Translations under genes and position numbers: made by a program
Part shown: in pieces, positions 29,015 to 36,648 of the stretch
Numbering within the stretch: the first letter of the stretch is position 1
Layout of the letters: each line of letters opens with the position of its first letter
Source of the DNA: Acidimicrobiales bacterium
Lineage (GTDB): Bacteria; Actinomycetota; Acidimicrobiia; Acidimicrobiales; SHLQ01
DNA length: 64,000 bases
Assembly: GCA_020629375.1 (NCBI GenBank)
Contig: JAHDDK010000017.1
Coordinates: forward strand, 78 to 64,077
Direction of reading: 5' to 3'
Notes under the pieces: model-generated
Databases searched by the model: none
Seen by the model: the letters and a program-made list of their open reading frames with translations, nothing else
What the model was told of the DNA's origin: nothing

Positions 29015-29161
29015 GGGGTCAGACCCCCACCACTCGACCATCGCCAGTTGGATGTCGGGATTTCGGGGTCAGACCCCGGGATCTCGGGATCTCGGGTCTG
29101 ACCCCAAGCATTGTTCTCTCGCTGCGGAAGAAGCACAGCGGGTCAGTGGGGGTCAGACCCC
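29015..29161. repeat. REP-like cluster, 4 copies of GGGGTCWGACCCC
   Basis: Copies at 29015, 29065, 29094 and 29148. The last copy overlaps the final codons (GSDPH-stop) of the GH1 gene. Confidence 0.85.
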
Positions 29162-30492
29162 GATGCGGGAAGGACGCCCGTCCGTGCGAGTTGCTCGAAC
29201 CACAGGGCGCTCGATTTGGGGATCCGTTCGAGGGTCTCTGGAACGACTTCGACGATCCCAAAGCGCTTCGCGTACCCCTTCGCCCATTCGAAGTTGTCCA
29301 TCAACGACCACGCGAGATAGCCCGCCATCGGAACGCCGTCGTCGATGGCCGACAGGACCGCAGAAAGATGATCGTGAAGGTAGTCGATGCGATCCTGATC
29401 GTGGACACGCCCGTCGGCACGATCGTTGTCGGGCATGGCCGCACCATTCTCCGTGATGACGATCTTTGGCAGTCCGTACTCCTCGTTGAGCCACGTGAGG
29501 AGGCGGTGAAGCGACGGAGCGTGGATCTCCCAATCCATCTCGGTTCGAGGCGTACCGAATGGCAGCTCCTGGCCCACCGCCGAAAGCACCTGTCGGGTGT
29601 AGTAGTTGACCCCTAACACGTCGATCGGCGCAGCGATCACGTCGAGATCTCCGTCCTGCACGACCGATTGATCCCAGCCGAGTGCCTCGACAGTCGCGGT
29701 CGGATACTCACCGCGGCGGATCGGGTGGATGTACCACTCGTTGTCGAACCCGTGCCGGACATCGGCCAATGCGACGTCGGCGGGTGCGTCCGTTGCTGGC
29801 TCGGCGGGCGTGAAGTTGAGCACAATCCCGAGCTCGGCATGGGGTGCGGCCTCGCGAAGCTGTGCGATCGCGAGCCCGTGCCCGAGGAGGAGATGATGCG
29901 CAGCGGCCAACCCCGCCTCGAGATTCGTAGTTCCTGGCGCGTGCTCGCCCGTGACGTGCCCGAGCACCGCCGACACGTACGGCTCGTTGAGCGTCATCCA
30001 CGTCGGGATGCGTTCACCCAACCGTTCGGCCATCACGCGGGCATAGTTTGCGAACGCCTCGGCGGTGTCTCGATTGGTCCACCCGCCACGATCCTGGAGC
30101 GCCTGTGGCAGGTCCCAGTGATACAGCGTCGGCATCGGCGTGATCCCTGCGTCGAGCAGACCGTCGACAATCGCCTCGTAGAACGCCATTCCTGGCTCGT
30201 TCACGGTCCCGGTGCCATCGGGGATCACCTTCGGCCAGGAGATCGAAAACCGATACGTCGACAGGCCGAGCGACGCCATCAACTCGATGTCCTCGCGCCA
30301 TCGATGAACATGATCGCAGGCGACCAGGCCATGGGTGCCGTCTTCGATCCTTCCGGGTTCTGCGCAGAACGTGTCCCAGATTGAGTCTCCCTGTGGAATG
30401 TCGTTGGATCGACCTTCGATCTGGAAGCTCGAGGTCGCGGATCCGAAGAAGAACCCATCCGGGAAACGACGTGGCGTCTCGATGTTTGCCAT
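29143..30492 (-). CDS. GH1 beta-glucosidase
   Basis: FGSATSSFQIEG, TLNEP and ITENG catalytic motifs. Confidence 0.9.
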   Translation of the reverse strand: MANIETPRRFPDGFFFGSATSSFQIEGRSNDIPQGDSIWDTFCAEPGRIEDGTHGLVACDHVHRWREDIELMASLGLSTYRFSISWPKVIPDGTGTVNEPGMAFYEAIVDGLLDAGITPMPTLYHWDLPQALQDRGGWTNRDTAEAFANYARVMAERLGERIPTWMTLNEPYVSAVLGHVTGEHAPGTTNLEAGLAAAHHLLLGHGLAIAQLREAAPHAELGIVLNFTPAEPATDAPADVALADVRHGFDNEWYIHPIRRGEYPTATVEALGWDQSVVQDGDLDVIAAPIDVLGVNYYTRQVLSAVGQELPFGTPRTEMDWEIHAPSLHRLLTWLNEEYGLPKIVITENGAAMPDNDRADGRVHDQDRIDYLHDHLSAVLSAIDDGVPMAGYLAWSLMDNFEWAKGYAKRFGIVEVVPETLERIPKSSALWFEQLARTGVLPASGSDPH

Positions 30493-31568
30493 CAGGCGGG
30501 CCGGGTCGTCGAACCCTCGTAGAGAGGTCCGTGGTCGATGTTGGGAAGCACGTACTTGGCGAAAAGGTCGGCTTCGGCGGCGTGTGTGTATCCCGAGAGG
30601 ATGAAGGCATCGATGCCGATCTCGCGGTATGCATGAAGCTTGGCCAGGACCTGGTCGGGGTCACCGACGATTGCTGCACCTGCGCCGGAACGGGCACGAC
30701 CGACGCCCGTCCAGAGATTCTCCTCGACGAAACCATCGTCTGAGCTCGACTCACGCAACTCGTTCTGGCGGGCAACCCCGGCGGATGCCGTATCGAGACT
30801 CTTCTGGCGGATTTTCTCGCCTTCGTCCGCCTCGAGCTTCGAGAGCAGCCGTTCGGCAGCCGCACGCGCGTCGGATTCGGTCTCCCGGACAATCACGTGG
30901 GCACGAAGGCCGTACTTCAGTTCACGGTCGTAGCCCGCCGCGAGTGCGGTCATTTCCTCGACCGTGCCGGCGACGCCGGCAACCGTGTCGGGCCAGGTGA
31001 GGAAGACGTCCGCATGCTCGGCAGCGGTGTCCTTCGCCGCCGGACTGAATCCGCCGAAATAGAACGGTGGGCAATGGCCGGACACCGTCCGCATCCGAGG
31101 TGGATCAACGACGAGATCGACAAACTCGCCATGGAACTCGACGGACTCGCCGTTGAGCAGCGCCCGGAGCACATGCATCCACTCCCGAGTTCGCTGATAG
31201 CGAGGCGCACTTTCCAACGGTGCCCCAGGGATATCGCTCGAGATGATGTTGATCGTGAGACGGCCGCCGGCCATCTGATCGATGGTTGCGAGCTGACGAG
31301 CGAGCTGCGGCAGCCACATTTCACCCATCCGGACAGCCAGGAGCAGCTGGATCTGTTCGGTATGAGTGGCGATCGCTGCAGCGAAGGACGTGGAATCCAT
31401 GCCGAGCTGGTAGCCCGACGGCAGGAGCACATTGTCGAAGCCAAGCCGGTCAGCTGTGGTGACAATCTCCGAACAGTGTGTCCAGGAGGACTGAAGTCGT
31501 TCTTCAGGGACACCAAGGAACTCGTAGTCGTCGTCGCAGAGTGCTCCGAACCAGCTGATCTCGGTCAC
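30492..31568 (-). CDS. LLM-class (luciferase-like) flavin-dependent oxidoreductase
   Basis: Luciferase-like TIM barrel sequence. GTG 31566-31568 forms a GTGA overlap with the upstream stop and has GAAGGAG 10 nt upstream. A TGATG overlap links it to the GH1 start. Confidence 0.8.
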   Translation of the reverse strand: MTEISWFGALCDDDYEFLGVPEERLQSSWTHCSEIVTTADRLGFDNVLLPSGYQLGMDSTSFAAAIATHTEQIQLLLAVRMGEMWLPQLARQLATIDQMAGGRLTINIISSDIPGAPLESAPRYQRTREWMHVLRALLNGESVEFHGEFVDLVVDPPRMRTVSGHCPPFYFGGFSPAAKDTAAEHADVFLTWPDTVAGVAGTVEEMTALAAGYDRELKYGLRAHVIVRETESDARAAAERLLSKLEADEGEKIRQKSLDTASAGVARQNELRESSSDDGFVEENLWTGVGRARSGAGAAIVGDPDQVLAKLHAYREIGIDAFILSGYTHAAEADLFAKYVLPNIDHGPLYEGSTTRPA

Positions 31569-32467
31569 GGCAGGGGTACTCCTTCGCTCGCTTCGACAAT
31601 GTCGTAGCAATCGTTGCGGTCGAGATGGACATCGGCAGCTGCGATCGCAGCCGTGAGCCTCTCGGGCGTTTGGGTGCCAAGCAGCGCCACGGGCCGCGAG
31701 GGGTTAGCGAGAACGAACGCCGTGGCGATCGTCGCTCGGTCTGTGCCTTCCCGTTCGGCGAGTCGGTCGACGACCTCGAGAAGTTGGGGTCTGACCCCCT
31801 CGCCGCTGAAAAGACGTCCTCCCGCAAGCGGCGACCACGCGAGAGGGACCACGCCGTCACGCATCGAGCGATCGAACGTGCCGTCGCGCATCGGTTGAAG
31901 TTGAACCACGGAGAACTCGGGCTGGGTCGACACAACCGGAGCCGACAGGTGATGGGCGAGCGCGTCGTATTGATCGACAGTGAAGTTGGAGATACCCACC
32001 ATGCCGATCTTGCCGGCTGCAATCAGGCCGTCGAGGGTGTCGGCAATCTGCGCCGGATGGGCGAACATGTCCGGCCGATGAATCTGCCAGAGATCGATGT
32101 GGTCGACTCCGAGCCGCGACAGTGAGGCGTCAACTGCAGCAACGAGGTACTCCGAGCTGGAGTCATAGGGCAGCGGCGGCATGATTCCGCCCTTGGTGGC
32201 CAGCACCATGCGGTCACGGAGCCCGGGAGCATCCGCAAGCACCTGGCCGAGTCGCTCTTCGTTTTGGCCAAAACCGGTACCGCCCCAGTCCAAGCCGTAC
32301 ACATCGGCCGTATCGATGAGGTTCATTCCCACATCGAGTGCGGTTTCGATGAGCCTGTGGTTCGCAGCTGGGTCCTCAGCCGTGAGACGCCAAGTCCCAT
32401 ATCCGAGCGCTCCAACATCAGGTCCGTCGGTTCCGAGCCGACGAGGAGTCATGTCGACGAGAGTCAT
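31565..32467 (-). CDS. aldo/keto reductase
   Basis: GYGTWRL...DTADVYG...LATKGG motifs. Confidence 0.9.
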   Translation of the reverse strand: MTLVDMTPRRLGTDGPDVGALGYGTWRLTAEDPAANHRLIETALDVGMNLIDTADVYGLDWGGTGFGQNEERLGQVLADAPGLRDRMVLATKGGIMPPLPYDSSSEYLVAAVDASLSRLGVDHIDLWQIHRPDMFAHPAQIADTLDGLIAAGKIGMVGISNFTVDQYDALAHHLSAPVVSTQPEFSVVQLQPMRDGTFDRSMRDGVVPLAWSPLAGGRLFSGEGVRPQLLEVVDRLAEREGTDRATIATAFVLANPSRPVALLGTQTPERLTAAIAAADVHLDRNDCYDIVEASEGVPLP

Positions 32468-32535
32468 GGTGGGGCATCCTATGGTCTTCAGTTTCCGACT
32501 GGACCGGCTCCGCCCGTGAGAAGAAAGTTCGTTCT

Positions 32536-33624
32536 ATGAACCATCGCCACATTCGCTACGGGATCATCGGTACCGGGATGATGGGCGTCGAGCACATCTT
32601 GAACATCCTCGCACTCGAGGACACCAGTGTTGTGGCCATCGCCGATCCCGATGCCGGCTCAAGAGACCACGGGCTCGAGGCGGCGGGGGGCGAGGCGCGG
32701 GTTTACGAGGACTATCACGATCTCCTCGCCGACGAGGATGTGGACGCCGTGGTCGTTGTGACCCCGAACTTCACCCATCTCGAGGTCATGCGAGACGTGC
32801 TTGCAACCGGCAAGCACGTGCTCTGCGAGAAGCCCCTTTGCACGACCGCAGCCGATTGCCAAGCTCTAGTCGAGATGGCCGAGGGGTACGAAGGCGTGGT
32901 CTGGGTCGGCCTCGAATACCGGTACATGCCTGCGGTTCAAGCGCTCATCGCTGAGGTTCATGCCGGCACGGTGGGTGACGTCAAGATGGTGGCGATCCGC
33001 GAACATCGCTTCCCGTTCCTCGTCAAGGTGGGCGACTGGAACCGATTCTCGTCGAACACGGGTGGCACGTTGGTGGAGAAGACGTGTCACTACTTCGATC
33101 TGATGAATCTGATCGTCGGTCGACGGCCAGTCCAGGTGTACGCCTCGGGCGCGCAGGATGTGAACCATCTAGACGAGTCGTACGGGGGTCAGACCCCGGA
33201 CATCCTCGACAATGCGTTCGTGGTCGTGGACTACGAAGGCGGGGCTCGGGCGATGCTCGACCTTTGCATGTTTGCTGAGGCCACCAAGGATCAAGAGGAG
33301 CTGTCCGTTGTGGGCAACCTCGGCAAGGTCGACGCTCGGATTCCGACTTCCGAACTGCACGTCGGCATTCGCTCCGGGAAGGGCATCGCGGACATCGGCC
33401 AGGTCGACACGCGTGCGATCACGAACGACGCCATCAAGCACGAAGGCCTCCACCACGGTTCGAGCTATCTCGAGCACGTCGATTTCGCCGCTGCCATCCG
33501 GGGTCAGACCCCAGCCCTAGTGACGCTCGAGGACGGCCTGTGGTCAGTGGCCATGGGCGAGGCCGCACACCGTTCTATCCAGGAGAACCGTCCCGTCCGC
33601 CTCACCGAAATCCTGGGCATCTGA
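32536..33624 (+). CDS. Gfo/Idh/MocA family oxidoreductase
   Basis: IRYGIIGTGMMG Rossmann motif and EKP motif (VLCEKPL). Confidence 0.9.
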   Translation: MNHRHIRYGIIGTGMMGVEHILNILALEDTSVVAIADPDAGSRDHGLEAAGGEARVYEDYHDLLADEDVDAVVVVTPNFTHLEVMRDVLATGKHVLCEKPLCTTAADCQALVEMAEGYEGVVWVGLEYRYMPAVQALIAEVHAGTVGDVKMVAIREHRFPFLVKVGDWNRFSSNTGGTLVEKTCHYFDLMNLIVGRRPVQVYASGAQDVNHLDESYGGQTPDILDNAFVVVDYEGGARAMLDLCMFAEATKDQEELSVVGNLGKVDARIPTSELHVGIRSGKGIADIGQVDTRAITNDAIKHEGLHHGSSYLEHVDFAAAIRGQTPALVTLEDGLWSVAMGEAAHRSIQENRPVRLTEILGI

Positions 33625-33696
33625 GCTTCGTTCACTCCCGAACGGGAGGAACAGGAGATCTGACCAACGAACTTGGAGGACGGCACGAACCGGTCT

Positions 33697-33814
33697 GGGG
33701 TCAGACCCTAACGGACCCCAACCGAGCGGTCGATCGTTCATCGAAACTGCGCCCGACCGGGGTCTGACCCCTGCATCTCCGAACTGCGCCCGATCGGGGT
33801 CTGACCCCTGCATC
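33697..33814. repeat. REP-like cluster, 3 copies, including a ~36-bp tandem duplication
   Basis: Copies at 33697, 33759 and 33797. Units 33743-33777 and 33781-33814 are near-identical (GAACTGCGCCCGAYCGGGGTCTGACCCCTGCATC). Confidence 0.85.
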
Positions 33815-33981
33815 GACCGCGGGCATTTCGCCAGGTTGGGATAACGAGCCGTGTGTACCCGACTAGACAGACACGTCCGCAATGGGCATCCTCGGAGGAG
33901 ATTCGTTATCGCCGTCGTCTGACGTGCCTTCTCGCTGGCTTCGGCTGGCCTTTCACATACGTGCACGTGAGGACACAAACG

Positions 33982-34722
33982 ATGAGACCGCTTCGAATCG
34001 ACTATGACGGCGCCTGGCATCACGCGATGAATCGCGGAGCCGCCCATCAGCCGATCTTTCGGGACGACGTCGACCGGCACACGTTCCTAGGGTTCGTCCA
34101 GAAAGCCGTCGAAAACACCGGTATACGGATCCATGCGTACTGCCTGATGGGTAATCACTTCCACCTTCTTGTCGAATCCGTGGACAGCTCGCTCAGCGCC
34201 GCGATGAAGATCATCGGTCAGGAGTACACACAGTGGTTCAACCGACGCCACGGCCGAGACGGCGCACTCTTCCGCGGCCGATTCACGTCCAAGATTGTGG
34301 AAGACGATGGGCATCGGCGGACGATCGTCGACTACATCCACGCCAACCCCTTCAGCGATCAGACAGCTCGATCCGGATTCTGCTGGTCCAGCTTCGATGC
34401 CTTGAAAGGGCTCATTCGCCCGCCGAGCTTCCTCACAACGAGCGTGGTCGGCCGGATCTTCAGACCCAAGAAGCGCGCTACTCGAGATCGTCGAAACCCG
34501 TGTTCGCCCCACAGAGGACAACACCGACGACCTCGTCCTTCGCAGGCCGGTACATGCCCGCTCGCAGCACAGCCACCGTCGTGGCCACCGCAGGCTCGAC
34601 GAGAACTCGAAAGGTTGTCCAGAGCCAACGACGCGCCTCGAGGACGACCTCATCCCGAACCGTCAGGCCCGCAGCGTCGACCCGGGACAGCGCCTCCCAA
34701 GCTAGCTCACCGATCTGTGTAG
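33982..34722 (+). CDS. REP-associated tyrosine transposase (RAYT; IS200-like Y1/HUH transposase, COG1943 type)
   Basis: MRPLRIDYDGAWHHAMNRG N-terminus, HUH motif NHFHLLV and catalytic-Tyr motif VDYIHANP. The last ~80 codons are Arg/Pro-rich and antisense to the next gene, so the real C-terminus is uncertain. Confidence 0.75.
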   Translation: MRPLRIDYDGAWHHAMNRGAAHQPIFRDDVDRHTFLGFVQKAVENTGIRIHAYCLMGNHFHLLVESVDSSLSAAMKIIGQEYTQWFNRRHGRDGALFRGRFTSKIVEDDGHRRTIVDYIHANPFSDQTARSGFCWSSFDALKGLIRPPSFLTTSVVGRIFRPKKRATRDRRNPCSPHRGQHRRPRPSQAGTCPLAAQPPSWPPQARRELERLSRANDAPRGRPHPEPSGPQRRPGTAPPKLAHRSV

Positions 34723-35461
34723 CCCCGAGCGCATCCGCAGTGACTCCGGAGACTTCCACGTCCACGGGGTGTCCGGCTCGTACGGCCGACGCGTACGCGC
34801 TGGTACGTTCGCCTTCGCATGCGATGATCGCTGGCCCCTTCGTTGACCCGTCACCGTACGAGGCGATAGCGGCACCGCCAGCGAGTCCACCGCCGCCGCA
34901 GGCGTACAAGATGGTGTCCAGCTCACGGCTCGACCTCTCAACCTGGTCGACAAACTCTGTGGTGACTGTTGCAGCACCGGCCATGACGCTCGGATGGTTA
35001 TACGCATGGATGTTTGTCGCCTCAAACCGCTCGACGTGTTCGAGACATGCCTCTAGGGACTCTGAGTAGATCGAGCCAACCTGACGAACGTCAGCACCGT
35101 AGCTGCGGAGCCGATCGACCTTCGACGGGTTCGAGATCGTTGGGACGAAGATTGTCGGGGTCAGACCCCGCTGCTTGGCCGCCCACGCCACCGCAGCCCC
35201 ATGATTTCCACCCGATGCCGCTGCGACCCCGCCCGGGCCGATCTCATTCGTTGCGAGGAAGTTCGTAGCGCCACGAGCCTTGAACGACCCCGAGTGCTGT
35301 AGGTGCTCGAGCTTGAACACGACCGGTGCGCCTGCTTCGAGCCCGAGCTCGTCCCGGCTGACTTCGAGCAGTGGGGTGGATCGGACGACGTTGCGGAGCC
35401 GCAAGCTTGCAGCTCGGACTTCGGCGATTGTCGGAAGAGTCATAATGGATGATTCAACCAT
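34478..35461 (-). CDS. PLP-dependent threonine/serine dehydratase family protein
   Basis: PLP-lysine motif HSGSFKARGA and glycine loop GGGGLAGG. Confidence 0.85.
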   Translation of the reverse strand: MVESSIMTLPTIAEVRAASLRLRNVVRSTPLLEVSRDELGLEAGAPVVFKLEHLQHSGSFKARGATNFLATNEIGPGGVAAASGGNHGAAVAWAAKQRGLTPTIFVPTISNPSKVDRLRSYGADVRQVGSIYSESLEACLEHVERFEATNIHAYNHPSVMAGAATVTTEFVDQVERSSRELDTILYACGGGGLAGGAAIASYGDGSTKGPAIIACEGERTSAYASAVRAGHPVDVEVSGVTADALGATQIGELAWEALSRVDAAGLTVRDEVVLEARRWLWTTFRVLVEPAVATTVAVLRAGMYRPAKDEVVGVVLCGANTGFDDLE

Positions 35462-35530
35462 CCCCTATGCGGGCAAGGGGCGAACCGCAGAAATCGTGCC
35501 CATCGATCGCCGGAAGGCACGCCACAGACC

Positions 35531-35652
35531 GCTCGAACGAGGGTCTGACCCCCGTTCGTTCCGTTCGCTGACTGGCCTCGGTTGCGAGAGCTCGCTGACC
35601 GTGACCGCACGGCTTGGAGGGGTCTGACCCCGTGCAACGAGGGTCTGACCCC
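35531..35652. repeat. REP-like cluster, 3 copies plus one degenerate copy
   Basis: Copies at 35531, 35619 and 35641. A degenerate GGTCAGAC follows at about 35668. Confidence 0.8.
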
Positions 35653-35705
35653 GGGGTAGTCGCCCCGAGGTCAGACTCGACGGATTCTCGAAGCGCGGAA
35701 CTCGT

Positions 35706-36647
35706 TCAGCCCTTGACGGAGCCGGCGAGGAGGCCGCGTACGAAGAATCGTTGCATGCTGAAGAACACGACCAGCGGGACGAATGCCTGCACGAACGCCG
35801 CAGCGGTGAGCAAGTGGTCCGTGTTGTCGAAGTCGCCAGCGAGATTGGCGATGCGGACTGTCGTCGGAACCGACGACTGTGCATCGAGCATGGTGTTCGC
35901 GATCAGGTAGTCATTCCAGGTCCAGAGGAACTGGAAGATCGCGAACGATGCGAGCGCGGGCACAGACAACGGAACCACGAGACGCCAGAACGTGGTGAAG
36001 TGATCGGCGCCATCGATACGGGCTGACTCAAAGACCTCTTTCGGTAGCTGCGAGATGTAGTTGTGCAGCAGAAAGATCGCGAACGGCATGGCGAACCCGG
36101 TGTGGGTCAACCACACCGCCGCCGGGTCCCCGGCGAGATCGATATCCGGCAGAAAGGTCATCGTCTTGTCCGTGAACGGAAGGGTCAGATGCGCGCCTCC
36201 GATGTACAGCCGAAGCAGTGGGATGAGCGCAACCTGTAGCGGAATCGCCAGCAACGACACCGTCGCAATGAAGAGCCACTTCCGCCCCTTGAAGTCGATC
36301 CAGGCGAATCCGTACGCCGCGAATGCTGCGAAGGCGATCGGAATGATCGTCGCTGGCACCGAGATCGCCGCCGACGTGATGATGGAGTCCGTCAGATCGT
36401 TGGTCGATCCGGCGCTCAGCACGTCGGAGTAGTTCTCTACCGTCGCATCGCGCTCGTTGAGGATGTTCCAGAAGGCATCGTTGCGCTGAGCGTCACGGTT
36501 GCGGAACGAGTTGACGAACAAGCTGAAGCTCGGGATCGTCCACACAACGACCAACATCCACAACACCCACGTCGGGATGTCGGCGAGTCGCTGATAGATC
36601 CGATCGCCGAGGCCATTTCCCCCCTGAGGAGCAGTGATCGCTGCCAT
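35706..36647 (-). CDS. carbohydrate ABC transporter permease (MalG-like)
   Basis: EAA-loop region ESARIDGADHFTTFWRLVVPL. Confidence 0.9.
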   Translation of the reverse strand: MAAITAPQGGNGLGDRIYQRLADIPTWVLWMLVVVWTIPSFSLFVNSFRNRDAQRNDAFWNILNERDATVENYSDVLSAGSTNDLTDSIITSAAISVPATIIPIAFAAFAAYGFAWIDFKGRKWLFIATVSLLAIPLQVALIPLLRLYIGGAHLTLPFTDKTMTFLPDIDLAGDPAAVWLTHTGFAMPFAIFLLHNYISQLPKEVFESARIDGADHFTTFWRLVVPLSVPALASFAIFQFLWTWNDYLIANTMLDAQSSVPTTVRIANLAGDFDNTDHLLTAAAFVQAFVPLVVFFSMQRFFVRGLLAGSVKG

Positions 36648-36648
36648 C

